A stretch of 64,000 nt of DNA from Camelus dromedarius (taxonomy: Eukaryota): positions 115,322,001 through 115,386,000 of the forward strand of contig NC_087437.1 of NCBI RefSeq assembly GCF_036321535.1. Reading direction: 5' to 3'. Positions 28,101 through 42,700 of this stretch are shown here, piece by piece; position 1 is the first letter of the stretch; each line of letters begins with the position of its first letter. Below the pieces are notes generated by a model. It saw only the letters and a list, made by a program, of their open reading frames with translations, ran no database searches and was not told the origin of the DNA. Both the position numbers and the translations under genes were made by a program.

Positions 28101-30672
28101 ACATACTGGTTGTACTTAGTGAAAGATACAGCATCATTGTTCCATTACAGATATTGAGATGGCACTTAAAGGTGTGGAAAGTAGAAATTTAGTCTCATAT
28201 CCAGAAGCATAAGATGTTTTGCTACTTCTGGAAAGACTAAATTGTGTGATTTGACTGGGATAGATCTTTACTTGTGGTAAACCCTGGCATGTACTCAGAA
28301 CTTGCTTTTGGCTGAAGCTTTTAAAAGCATAGGAATCAACTCTTACAACTCAGTGATAGAAAGACACTCTAATTAAAAATAGCTGAAAGATCTGAATAGG
28401 CATTTCACCAAGATGTTGTATAAATACCCAATAAGCATGTAAAATGTGTTCACAATTAGCCAACAGAGAAGTGCGAATTAAAAAATGATACTACTTCATG
28501 CCCACTAGGATGGTTGCAATCAAGAAGGCAGACAATAACAAGTGTCGGCAAGGATATGGAGAAAGCAGAATACCCATACATCACTGGTGGCATATAAAAT
28601 GGTGCAGCTGCTTTGGAAATCAATCTGGCAGTTCCTCATAGGTTAAAGATAGAGTTACCTTATGACCCAGCAGTTTCATACCTAGATACGCAGATACAGG
28701 AAAACATATGTTCTCACAAAAACTTGTACGTAAGTGTTCATAGCAGTATTATTCATAATGGGCCAAAAGTGGAAGTAGCTCAAAGTGTCCATCAACCGAT
28801 GAATGGTTGAATAAGATGTGGTATAGCCATGTAATTGGATCTTATTTGGCAATAAAAAGGAATGAAGTACTGACACATGCTATACATAGATGAACATTAA
28901 AAACATTATGCTAAATGAAAGCCAGACACAAAAGACTACATATTGAATGATTGTTTATCTTAAATCTCCAGAATAGGGAAATCTGTATGTAAAGATGGAA
29001 AGTAGATTAGTGGTTGTCTGAGGTTAGGTGATGAACGAAAGATGGGGAGGGATTGCTCATGGGTATAGGGTTTCTTGTTGAGTGGTGAAAATGTTCTCAA
29101 TTTAGGTGATAGTGATGGTTGTACAGCCCCGTGAATATACTAAAAATCACTGAACTATACCTTTAAATCTGTGAATTGTATGGTATGTGAATTATATCTC
29201 AACAAAGCTGTTACAGAAAACAAAGCAAAGGGATTCTTGAATTTTCCTCCCTTTATCCTGGATTAGGATGGAGGCATAGGAACCATGGATAATAAAAAGC
29301 CAGTACGGGACTCATGGCACGAGTCTCTCGAGGTCTTCGGTGGCAGTGGGATAGCTCTCCAGGGAACCTGAAAGCACAGGCGACAAGGATTCAGGGAGGA
29401 AGATGGGAGAGGGCGGTAGGGTACTGGGTGAAATGACATCAGGAAGAAGGCTACAGAGTCCTAAGGGGGTATTCTGCCTCACCTGGCTCCCTCTGAATAC
29501 ACAAAGGAGATTTCTGAGAGCTATGCATTGTAAAATGAGGTTTGGTGATTATAACACAGGGTAAGGTTTTGATTCAGAGTCTGAAATTCTGGAAATCTTT
29601 TGTTCAGTCCTTTTCTTCCTATCTTTCCCTCTTGACATGTCTCTCTATCAGCCACTTCTAGAAGGAAAAACTTTAAAAGTTGTGTGGAGTTCTTGGCTAA
29701 AAGTCATTTAGTTATTCCTATGCTGAAAATATTTTGATGGCAAGAGGTTATTGAAATCACAGCATTTTGTTGACGAATTAGTGTTGTACTAGTATCATTT
29801 TTGTTTATTTTTGCTTTAGATGCTGTTAGAGAAATTTATTGAAGAATGCAGGTTCCCTCCAGTGCCAGATGCCATCTGTTGCTATCAGAAGTGCCATGGA
29901 TATTCCAAAGTCCAGATATACATAACTGATCCAGACTTCAAGGTACACAGTGGATGTATACTAGGGCATTAACTTGCAGAACTGCGCCTTAAAATTGATT
30001 CAGAACAAATTCTGAAATTGGAGGCATCCACGTTCTCTGGCTTGTCAGTAGTTTTATGTCCTCTTGTCTGCCCATCTCCAGGACTTCTTTAGATCTGCAT
30101 CATTTCATGCGGGGACCCAGAGCCGTTGAAATAAACACCAAGGGGCAGGGGTGGTGGCCTGAGAAGGCGGGCTGGCTAATTCCATGTCCCCTCTGTAGCC
30201 CCTGTTTCATATAACTGCCTGCTCCTCAGTAGCACAGGAAACAAAATGAGGGGGTTACCTCTGATTTGTTGCAAGTCTAATTTCTTGTAGAATATGAGGT
30301 CAAGAATCTAAAGACCATTGTGATCACTGAATTAGCTCCTAGAGACCTGAGTCTGAGATGAAGTCTGGCAACTGACTTAGTGAATAAGACATTGGGCCTT
30401 AGTTTATTCAAGAAGACAGAAGCTGCCCACTGTCTCTGGTCAGTAGAGCAGATAAAATAAAGTTTATAAAATATTTGATATTGTAAAGGATAATGCAACT
30501 GTAAGCTGTGGAAACGAGTATGTCAGCCAAGCTCTGTATTTCCAGCACTAGGCCTTCTGGGGTAGAGAACTATTACACTCCCCCAGGAGGAAATGTGACA
30601 TCTTGTTATGTCCGCCGGGTAAATGCAGACAGCTTGCTCTTCATCTTAATATGTGTGTTGTGAGTGTGAGAG

Positions 30673-30703
<31 letters not shown>

Positions 30704-33700
30704 ACATCTTTAAAATGTGAATTAAAAACTATCTTAACCCTCCCCAGGGTTTTATACGAATCAGCTGTTGCCAGTACTGTAAAATAGAATTTCATATGAA
30801 CTGTTGGAAGAAGTTAAAAACAACAACCTTTAATGATAAAATTGACAAGGTAAGGCCAAGATTGCCTGGATTTTTTAATACGCTTATTGTATGTTGATTT
30901 ATTTCCGTACAAGAATCTTCAGAAAAAGTCTTAAGTGAATATGACTTTCTCCTGGTGCATAAGACGTAATTAGACAGTTTTAAATTAACACTAGTGATAA
31001 AGTAGAAAATCAGTTTTTGTTTTTATTTTTTATAAGTGTAAAGGCAGTAACCAGAGAGGCCTTTAATAAATTGTTAATCAACCTTTACATTGGAAATGTT
31101 ATGATCAAAAGTAAAAATTTAAATATCCTTTTTACCTTCTAATGAAATTTGATGAGATAATTTGTACTAAGAATTCGACTTAAATTTTGTACACTGCTTC
31201 TCATTGGGGTCTCTCTTAGCAAGATAATGACGTTAATTCTCATTAGCCAGGTATACTTTGAGAGAAGGCACAATTTTGTCATCTTACTTGCATTCATAGA
31301 ATTTATTTCTGATCCATATAACCAATGTATTTTAAAAAAAGAAAATCTTTTCCTACACTGTTTAACCTCATGTAAACCCCTATCCTTGAGGAAAAAATGA
31401 GGTGGTTGTGTTAGGTGTATGTTAGCAATAGGAATTATTCAAGTTTAGTAGAAATAAATTCTAGTATTTTACATATTTTCACATAGTTAACTAAAAATAT
31501 AATGATATGAACAAATAACTGTTGCAACTGAGTCACTTCTGCTATGTTTTTGTCTTACCTTAATTGAGGTCCTCTAGCTCTACACACACTCTTAGTGGTC
31601 TTAACTTTTTCCTTGGGTTGAAATAACCTCCCTAAATTAGCTTTCTCTGGGACATATTGAAATAACCCAAATATTTCATAACTTACAATAAAAAAAAGTT
31701 CACGTTTTGCTTACACTACTTGTCCTGAAGTTTTGTAGTTGTTTTCCAGGGTTGGGTGTGACAGCTCTCGTGTGTGTGGCTGTGGCCTTAGTTCCTGAAT
31801 TGAGGTTGAGGAGTGACTAGGATATGTTCTTGTGGCAGATGGAAAAGAGCCGTGGCCAGGCCATTCAGTAGTTCTCAACACTTTTGCCCGGATGTAGCGT
31901 CATCATATCCGCTCACCCCACATGACCACAGCCCGTCACGTGGTCAGCCCTACAGCTGGACGCCTATTCCTCCCACAAGGAGGCTCCCAAAGTCAATGGC
32001 AACGAGCAGGAACTTTTCAGTGCCTCCCTGGAGGAAGTTTCAGATCATATTTTGACTGTTCTTGATGGTTAAAGTGGTATATATGTGTAGATTATGCTGA
32101 AATATAGCCTCCCTCTCCCCCCCCCTTTTTTTTTTGTTAAATCAATAGGATTTTCTTCAAGGAATTTGTCTAACTCCTGACTGCGAAGGAATCATTTCTA
32201 AGATTATCATCTTCAGCAGTGGTGGTCAAGTTAAATGTGAAGTAAGTGTCTAATAAAGGGGAAATCTCATTAAATTGATAACCAGGATGCTTATAACCTT
32301 TTAAAACTATGACTTAAATTTGTAGAGATTGTATGATTTGGATTTTTATTTTCTGGGAGAGAAACAGTTAATATAAGAAATCATAGGAAATAATAGGATG
32401 TGAGAATGCTTCTGGGCAATGAAGGATTCTCACATTCTTTTATCTCCTAATAGGAAAAGGAGAGTTTTTCTATTTTAATTTTACTGATTTTACTCTTTTT
32501 GATAACCCTGCTCTTTTAATTCCAGTAAACTTCTGGGTCTTGGCAAAGTGGGGGATCTTAGAGAGGGGGAAAGCTGGTGTGAGGGATTTACCTTTAGCTT
32601 CACTATATGAGAGTTGCAGGAATGGGTTGTTGCAATGACGTTTGTAGTTTATTTGATCTTCTGCTTACTCTTAATTTTTTTTTAAACTTTTTAAAATGTG
32701 TCTACTCTCTCGTTCTTCTTTTCAGTAAATTTTTTTTGCTAGTTTTCTGGGCTTTTGTCTGGGTCATAACATCACTGTTTTCTATCAATTTGAACATTTT
32801 GTGCTTCTGAAATGCTTGTTACTCATGGTTTTGTGTTTTATGTTACGGGAGCATGAGACAAATTTTGGATGTCTTTGTTTTATTTAAAGTTTGAACACAA
32901 GGTCATTAAAGAAAAGGTTCCTCCAAGACCTATTCTGAAACAGAAGTGTTCTAGGTAAGAATTTTAATAATCAATCAGTGGCTTAATAATACTGTCTATT
33001 AGAATATAGTTCTATCAAATGCAGATTTCAGAATTAGGCTATCGTTTAAAATTGGCTCAGCATACATATCCAAGTGCTGTATAAGTGAATTTTATGGACG
33101 TTTAAAACTTAAGAGAATTAGCCTAGAATGGTTAAATGCTAATAAAAGCTTGAATAAGAAGCATTATATAGTTGTTGAATTTATAAGTAAAATTATGACA
33201 TTTGAACTGTGAAATGACATGTTTAGTAGATTCGGCATTTGGATTAAAATTATATACTTAGCTCTCAGTTGTTTAAACTTTAACTCCAAAAACATCTTTT
33301 CTTTTACTCTCTTTACATTTTGAATCAATGACTATTTCTCACCCTGACATACTCAGTAAAACTGTGAGAATTACTCACTTCTCTGTATCTTCTTGTTCAG
33401 ATCAAATAATTCCAGTCCTTTTTTCTTTTCTTTTTGGTCCTGCTTCTTGTTTTCCATTTTAAGAAGTGATTTTTTTCATCATTGTTGACCAAGAAAAAGC
33501 AAAAGGAAAAATGAACAGAATTATTTGTTGAAGAGAAGTCATTGTACCCGTATTGACCAAACTCTGGTGTTGTGGGCCATTATTGGGTTGTGAAAATAAT
33601 ATTTTACCTTGGGATCTTTCTTTGAAGTGAATGTTTACATGTATTATCTTGCAGAGTAATTTTTGGTATTTCTATTTACCCTAAGTAGTAATTTATATAC

Positions 33701-36700
33701 ATGGAAATAACATGTGTATGATCTATACATTCTGTCCATAATTAGAAATCACCTAACCATTGAGGTCCTTGTTTTCGTGAAACAAGTACCCTTGTTTTGA
33801 CTGAATGACCACATATGTCAGAAGTTTTTGATTTTGAACAGAAGATGCAGGCCAAGTTCTAACTAAAAAAGGAAACTTCTAACTTATTGCTTGGAGAATG
33901 GTTTCTACAACAGGCAAAGGAAAATAGTTAATTGAGTTTATAAAAAAGGTGAATTATCACTAATTGTAAGTGTTTATTAGCCTAGAGAAGCTAAGACTGA
34001 AAGAAGACAAAAAATTGAAGAGAAAGATCCAAAAAAAAGAAGCAAAAAAATTAGCGCAAGAAAGAATGGAAGAGGACTTAAGGGAAAGTAATCCACCCAA
34101 ACCTGAGGAGCAGAAAGGTACGTTTGGGTCCAAGGCACGATAAGAATAGTGTATTCTTGCTTAAAAGTATAAATGCAGATATGTATTTGTGGACCTTATA
34201 TTAATTGTTAGTGAAGTTTAGATTTCAGTTGGTATTTTAGTATTATGACTGTCTTCTGTTACCCTGAGACGGGGATGGGGTTGGTTTAAAGAGCACTGAA
34301 TTCAGAAGCAGTACACAGGGGTTGAAAATGCTTCCTTGCCACTAAACTCAGTGCAAACTCTGTGTCAGTTTCCTTATCTCCAAAGTGAAGGTGAAAATAA
34401 TATCTGAAATGCATATTCTGTGTTTGACTGTGCTCTGTAAACTGTGCTACACAGATTTAAGTTCCGAAATTATCTGTAAATTAGCCACTAATTACCTGGA
34501 ATACGCTGAGTTCAAATAAAGAAGCAGTTCCTAAAAGGTGCCAGAGAGATTACCTAGTCCAGCCTTCGGTTTTACATTTACCTTGTCATCATTCCTTCGT
34601 TAACATGGGAACTGTCTCAGTAGTTTTACTGTTCCTGTGGACATATTTACTTTCAGGTGGTTGTTTTTGTTGTTGTTGTTGTTTTTTTTTTTTTTTTTTG
34701 AATTTTTTAAAATTGAGATATAATTGACATTAGTTTCAAGTGGCCAATGTCATGATTCGGCTTTTGTATATATTGCAAAATGATTACCACGGTAAGTCCA
34801 GTTGTCATCCATCACCTTACATACAGGATTTTCTTTTTCATGATAAGAGCTTTCAAGATTCATATGCATATATGCAATACAGTATTATTAACTATAGTTA
34901 CCGTGCTGTGCAGGTCATCCCCAAGGCTACTTTCAGTTTTGAGTTAAAGTAAATTAGTCTCATTTTCTGCTATGATGGCTGTTCCCCAAATGAAATATTT
35001 CCTCTTGCTGTCTTTATTTTTCATCTAGTATTCCGTTAATGTTTCACAAATCAAAGTTATCCTTCCTACTGAAAGGGTTTTCACTGAACATTGGGTGGGT
35101 TTTGTGTGTGTGTGTGTGTGTTTTATTTGTATTTGTATTTCCTTTATCGTATTAGCGTCAAAAGGCTAAATGGCCATTTTTAGGGAGATTCCTGAGTGGG
35201 AAGATGAACTTCTGAGATATTTTTCATCTTGAAATCGATGACTTTATAGGTCTGCAATTTGGGATCCAACAATAAGATGAATAACATAACAATAACTACC
35301 AAATATGAATTGAATTTATACCTGAAGAAATAATCCCTTCAACTCTAGAAAAAAAAGTTTGCGTTCTTAATGCCTGATCATGTTTATGACTATAAAGAGT
35401 TAGGTAGCTGATGAGACTGGCTTAGTTAGGATTGTTGAGAAACTAAGTTTTTTTTAGCTGTTACGTGAGTGGTACAAGTGAAGGAGATAAGGTACTTGAT
35501 ATGTTTGATTTAATGTGAACTTATATCTTTTCAAAGGTGTTAAATATTTTATTTATATTCCTAATTAAAAATTTTTTGGATTATTTAAAACAACATAAAG
35601 AATATATCTGAGTCATGTTTTGATATTGCTGTGTAAGGCTACACTAATTTTTTCTGAGTTTGTATTTTTGCAAATTGGTCCTATTTCTTTCTGTCTTTTA
35701 CTGACAGCTGTTATTTATCCTTAGAAACTGTAGACAATGTTCAGAGTTGCCAGTTCCTTGATGACAGAATTCTGCAGTGCATAAAGCAGTATGCTGACAA
35801 GATTAAATCCGGCGTTCTGAATACTTCCAAGCTCCTCAAAGAGTTGCTTTCTTGGAAGGTTTTAACCACAGAAGACTACACAACCTGTTTTTCTAGCAGA
35901 AATTTTCTGAATGAAGCAGTAGACTATGTCATTCGTCACTTGATTCAAGAGAAGAACAGAGTAAAGACAAGGGTATTTCTGCATGTTTTGAGTGAGCTTA
36001 AAGAAGTGGAGCCGAAGCTGGCCACCTGGATCCAGAAACTCGACGGCTTTGGTACGTCACCGAATTCTAGAGACACAGTTTAGTAGGAAGGCGTCACCTA
36101 GGCCTCTGAATCCTTTTTCGTTTTCCTGTCATCATTTGTGATTTTTTTAAAAATGTAGGACTATAAATTTCTGTGTTTAGAAATACTACTCCCCCAACTG
36201 ACAATGTATAGGTTACTTTATGGATGGATTGCAGTGTACCTTGTCAAGAGATGTTAAACACAGGAAAGTTCCATCAGTAAGAACGTCCAGTCCTGTATTA
36301 CGCTAAACTACTTGTAAATGTGTAAACCGTGTGAACACTGGGCACAACCATGGGTAAACAGCACCCCCTGGAGTCAGGTGCTGCGGGGCCCTTTAGGGTT
36401 GTGCACCAGTGGTCAGATTCCTTAATGAAAAACTTAGAGGGAAGAGTGGATGGAACTAAACGGCTTAGGATCACCTAAAGCAAATTTAGATCTCTCTCAG
36501 TCTAAGGATTGAGAGAGAAATACCCTGGGGCTGACCTGTGTTGTGAATCACAGGATCATAAAACTCTGTTACTCTGTCCTGATTGTCCTAAGAACCCCCA
36601 TGCAGGCTCTTTGACCAAAGCCACGCAGGAACTGCAGAAGGCAGCTGCAGAGAGAGCTGCTGACCAACACTAAATAGTGATTTCTTTGGATACCTACCAG

Positions 36701-39700
36701 GGCCTTGTTTTTCTTGGTGACCACAGAATGGCAACTGCCTAGCACAGTCAATGATTCGGTTGTAGGATACAAGGCTAGTGGGAGCCACGGCAGAACGGGC
36801 CCTTAAGCAGCAGTCCTTAGGGTCTGCCGGGCCTCTGCGAGCGACTGGACCTGCCTGAGTTTATTTAAAGACATGGAGCTGATAGGATGCCAGAGTTTGA
36901 GAGGATATATTGATGAATTTCTGTCGGTAGAGACACAGTAAGATGGCAGCAAACTTGGTATAGTTGATAGCTAAGTGTTGCTGCTTCGAATGTAGGTCTC
37001 TACGGGTTTCTGGTCCTAGAAAATTACTCCTAAGTGATGAGTGCCGTTAGTGTCTACTGACAATCAGATAAGTAAATTATTAAGTTATTTCTTACTTTAA
37101 TCTGCTGTATTTAACATAAGAGATTAGTTTAAATGTGGTGGGAGCAGCGAGGGTTAACATTTCAATGCTAGATGTGATCTGCTGCCTCTCCCTCGGCGAG
37201 CACACGTGTTGATGTGAGCCTTAGATGGAGAAGCGAATGTGGTATTCCTCATCGGTGATTCCCTTAAACCTTGTTCTGTATGAGTATTGTCTGTGGTCCC
37301 TGATGCTTGTATTTAAATGTACTAATTTTTCATGCAACGTGGTCTCTGCAAAGCTATTTCATCTGGAAGAAATGTCCAGAGTGATTTAATTTGGCAGCTC
37401 TGCTTCATCTGCTGACTGAGAACTTACAGCCTGTACTGCGTTAGAAGCGTGTGGGGATAGAGAACAGAGCCAATCCTTGCTTTTAGGTAGCTGTGTTAGT
37501 ACACAGCAGGGGTTCAGGGGTTCACCATTCTTTCAGTAGTAGTATGTGAGTTTCCAGCTGCCCCTTTTTCTGAGGGATAAAAGCCAGAATAGTGACTGTT
37601 GATTTTTGTGTAGAAGGTAAGGAGCCATGACATTTAGGGGGATAAAGTACAGTTCTTGGAGGTGTTGGGGGAGGAGTTTACCCATTTTCTGCTTTAAAGA
37701 CATTTGGGAAATTTTGTGTATAACTGATGTTTTGTTATTACGGAGTGTATGTAGAAAAGCATTGTAAAATCTTTCTAGCTTGTACTAACTGGAGTGAAAG
37801 CCATTATGAATTAGTGAAGAAGTTATTGTTATATTTTTAAAGGACTTTAGTGACTTTTAAAGGAATTTAGTAGCTTTTATCTCCTAAGTCTAATAAAAAT
37901 AACTATAATAATAGAAGCCTTTGGCCAGCCCATTATTCAACTAGTAGATAAGAATTATTAGCATATTAATGTGAAAGGGTGTTTTAAAATGCGTAATAGC
38001 TTGAACGGGTTTGTTCTCAAGTATTTAAATGTTTTCACTGAACATGTAAGCAAACTATAATGGAACCACTTTCAAAGAAGTGAAACTGAGTGTGATTGTA
38101 CAGAAAATAATTTTTCTCTTCTTCTGACTTGGGTTTTCTTTTTATTATAGGCTTAGATGCCACAGGACCTTTTTTTTCTCGTTATGGGGCCTCTCTTAAG
38201 GAGCTTGATTTTAGCATCATGACTTTTCTCTGGAATGAGAAATATGGTCATAAACTAGGCTCTATAGAAGGAAAGAAGCTTGATTATTTCTGTGAGCCAA
38301 CGTCACTGAAGGAAGCGCGATGTTTAATATGGCTGTTGGAGGAACACAGAGACAAGTTCCCAGTGCTGCATAATGCCTTGGACGAATTCTTTGATATAAT
38401 GGGTATGTGGACTGAGTTTCAGTTTATTTCTAACCTTAAAAAAAAAAAATCTCTGAAGGATCCAGCTTACTTAAATACTAAACAAAGAGAATAGAGAAAA
38501 ATATTACGGTACAGCTGGCTTATTGGGGGAAGTTAGTATTGAGAATAGTGACCTTTTTAAATGTTATAAAACTTTTTTACTCTATGGAACTGCGTGTTGT
38601 AGAATACTCAGAGGGGTACATTCCATGGATTATACACCATACTGTTCTCAGCACAGGTATTTTGACGAGTGTCATTGCAAAGACTGCGTATTAAAGGAAT
38701 GAAATTTATTAGGGAATGGTTTGATTTGTAGCATTCAAGAAAACACTGGTGTGCAGAAGTAGGTGATGTTGGTAGAATCTGGAACAGATAGCACACCTGT
38801 TGCAGTGGGAAGAGCCTAGAGTTGGGAGGCAGGAAAAGCAGGCTGTGGCCCAGCTTCTTTCCTAACTCAGTTCATTAGAAACCTGTTACTGCTGCTTCGA
38901 GGCCCTGTGCTCGGTGTTAACAAGGAATTCAGAAATGCTCATGCTAGTCCCTCCCCTCGAGGACCTTATGTTCTGGAAAAGGAAATAAGATGAATATACC
39001 GATAACTATAGTATGATAGTACATGCAGTAAGAGGGGACCAGGAAAAGTGCCAAGGGCTGTCCCTGGGGAACAGGAAAGCCTGGGTGCAGGGATAGAGTT
39101 GAGCCTGGCTGTGAGCGCAGAGGTGAAGTTTGACAGGTTGGTGTCTGGAATTAGAGACAGGGTGGAGGGGAGTTGGGGGCTGTTTGGACAGAGGCACGGA
39201 GTGCAGTTTGGCAGGACAGGACAACTGGTAGCTACATCCCTCAGCTTCTTTTGGAGATTAGTTTCTTCATTGTTAAAATGAGAGGATTTGGAGCCAGTGA
39301 TACTTGTGATTACGTTTTGCTCAAAATTCTAATATTCTCAGATTCTAAATTAATGTAAATTTCTTATCTTTGGCACTACATGTATGTCTTAGGAGAATAT
39401 CTTCCCCTTGTCCTCACCTTTTCCCTCAGCATCAGAAGTCTGCTTTGTATGTTTTCAGGAGCTAGATTTTCAGATTCTATGCTATTAATTTTAAAGGATA
39501 CATGAAAAAGGATATGGCCTTGCACAAAAGTGTTATGCATTACAAAGTTCAGATGCAGTATGAGGAACTGAGAAGCTTACTTTTGTTGTGGTTCTTAGGG
39601 GAGAGCACACTCAAATATAGATGGCTTTATTTTTCCAGGACACTGCTTCGTGACTGGAGCTGACATGCTACTTGATAGCCTGAATTTATTGCCATCAGTT

Positions 39701-42700
39701 TGCTGCTGCTGGTAATAAAATGCTCTCCTGGGACTGAGCTTACAAAACTCGATGCATGTTTGGATCACAAGAAAACTAAAAAGGACACAGTTCCCTCTCA
39801 TTGTGCATTTCCCCTGATTCTTGTATTCTGTGCCTAAAATATGCAGTCCACCTGGCTGTGACTTTTTCCTCTGCTTTTAGTCATAGGGTTGGAAGCCCTT
39901 AACCAAATGATTGGCCAGCAGATTTTCAAGTCCACTGCCTCTGCCTCTCACTCTCGCCCCAGACATTTTCAGTCCTATCTCCTTTCATCTAAAGGAATGT
40001 TTGTATTTCTTAAAACTTTTCAAAATCTACTGATCTTATAAGGGTACTCAATAATATCACCAATGCTACATTACGTGGAAGACTCAGACTTTCTCCTGGA
40101 CGCGTGCATATTTCCCTTCTGGAATTTCTGTGTCAGCCAAGAGTCCCCTGATGTGCAGTATTTCTTAACCCACTTGTATCTCTAGAGACCGACTTTTCCT
40201 AAATTTATCTCAGATAATAACGTTTTATACATTGTTTTTAAGCAAGAAACTCTGGAACTGGTCTTGACATTCCCTTTTCCCTATTATCCCATATCTAGTT
40301 TGTTGCCAATTCAAATAAGCTTTATTTTTGATCTGCCCTTCCCTGTTCGTCTTCACTCCCGTAGGCCAGGATCTTAATAATTTTTCTATGATCACAGTAG
40401 CCTTCAAACTGGTCTCTGTGCCTCTGACCCTCCCACTCCAGTTCTTTCTCATATTGCCACTGGTGACAGTGACTCCTCCAGAACACCTGTCTGATCCTAT
40501 AACTGCTTTGTTCGGGAGACGCTCAGTTTTGGCTGTAAGGTGAATTCACGTTGTCTGGGTTCATCATCAGTCTCTTCATCTGCCCTCTCAATACACCCCG
40601 CTTGTTACTGTGCCCAGACCTGCCTTGTGCTTTTCTGCCTCCTGCTGTTGCTCACATCCCACCCCTTTGCTTGTTCATTTCAAGTCTGGCTTCAGGTCCT
40701 GTCCTCCCCACAGCCCTCTCTGACCCCTCGTGGGGCTGCTCCCTTTGAAGACTTGATCATTCTAGCAGCTTTGTTTGCACTGTGTTTATTGTGACATTCA
40801 GCACACTGGGCTATAGGTGTTTGCCTCTGTGTAGTTTGCAGAGCATGAGCTTATCAATGGCAGGGACTTTTCTGTACATTTCTGTATTCCGAGCACCTAG
40901 CATAGAGTTTGGTGCCTAGAAAGCACTTAAATTATGCTGAATTGGATTGAAATTTTGTGATTCTTTGTAATTGGTTTTCCATTGAGTTAGCCATTTTGTT
41001 CTTGGTTTCTAAACTAAACTTGTGTCACAGCCAAATAAGGAGTAGAACATAGTAGATATTCGTGGTATCTGGGGTGGTTTTCTTCAGGGCTTTAGTGTAT
41101 CATACGGCAATATAAACATTTTGTTTCCTCACAAAACCGTCTGTATCTTCCTACAGACAGCCGCTGCACCGTATTGAGGAAACAGGACAGTGGTGACATG
41201 CCAGTAAGTTATTTGATCACTTTCAGTGTTACGTTCTGATTTTTGTCAGCCAAAGGAAGGAAGGCGGGCCCAGGCCAGTGTTTATTTATATCACAGGAGA
41301 TGCTCCAGAACCAAATCTGGAGAGCTTCTGGATGCCGCATAATGTTTCACTAGAAAGTGAATCCCAGTCTTCCTCTTGAAATTGGAGCGACAGTCAAGCT
41401 GTAAAGTGTAAATTAGACAGTGTCCATAATGTTTCGCAACTAATAAATGTTAATCTTAGAAATGAGAAAGAAGTTCTTGAGTCATCTCCTGGCATGAAAA
41501 TGAAACCGTTATCTGTAAGGATTAAAATTGTAACATTTTACTTGGTAAGGGAAACACATAGACTTTGTTTTGAGTGGCTTCCGATTGAGCTCAAGTTAAA
41601 ATAATTCCAGAGTTGTCTTCCTTAGAAGTTGGTGAAAATTTTCAAATGGAAAGATGCTTGTTCACTGATTTGTAGGATCAGATCGTCTATACTTGAAATC
41701 TTGTCTAAATTCATTCTATCAGATACTACCTGGCTAAGAATGGAAAAATAGCTAAGAGACCTATCCATGGGAAATTAAGTGCTTGTTCTAAATTTACTGT
41801 TTATGCCTTAGTATCTGCCCAGGTACAAAATGTCTAATTTGGCTTAGTAAAAGGAAGGTCACTAAAATATGATGGGCAGATAACGATTTACTTTAAATGT
41901 CTAATTACTTCAAGTGACATAAACTCATTTTCAACAAGGTTTAACTTTAGCTATAACATTAGTCATTGTTAAACTTTTTCTTATTATCTATTATACATCA
42001 GTACACTAGGGCTAACACAGTGTTATTTTTGTTAAACATTTTATGCAACTGAACTTTGGAGTAGTCTATGAAAATCAGTATAGTATCTTTATAATATATG
42101 GCAGCTTCATAATACTGTTATTTGAGTATTCAGCAATTTTTTTCCTATGTTTTAGTTTAACTCTACCAAGATAAAAAACAAAGGCAAGAAAAAGAAGCCA
42201 AAAGATTCAAAGGTATGGAGTATTTTCTGTATTATTTCTTGTCTAAAGTGATTAATTGAATATATAAATTAGAATTAACCAATTCTTGGAACATTTTGAA
42301 GCATTTTATAGACTTTCTAGGCTTTAAAGATGTGTTGGTCTTCCACATTTCCAGGAAGTTTAAAGTTCATATCATATATAAATAATTCTTAAAAGACACA
42401 CTTATCTTTATCATCTTTTTTATTTTCTAGGTATTTCCTAGTGAAGTCATTGTCATAATGTAGGGCTTTGTATGGCTGGTCATAGAGCAGAGTGGCCAAG
42501 GCTGCTTTAGGCTCAGGCAGACCTGAGATCTTACCTTGGTTTATCAATTATTATTTTTATTATCTCTGTGATCTTTGCCAAGTTGCTTGACTTCCTTCTA
42601 CCCTAGTGTCATCATCTGTATGATAAGACATGGTACTTACTATTAATAACTCATAGAGTTATTATCTAAAATATTCAAAATAAAGATGATGAATACTAAT

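Noticed and set aside
29943..30747. U12-type intron suggested by TCTTAAC close to the acceptor
   Set aside because: The donor is gtacacag, not the U12 consensus gtatcctt.
36300..37500. Repeat-poor intronic stretch that might hold an alternative exon or enhancer
   Set aside because: No convincing splice pair or motif can be supported without conservation or RNA data.
41154..41160. CAGACAG tandem acceptor
   Set aside because: The 4-nt shift breaks the frame, the motif is common and there is no evidence of use.
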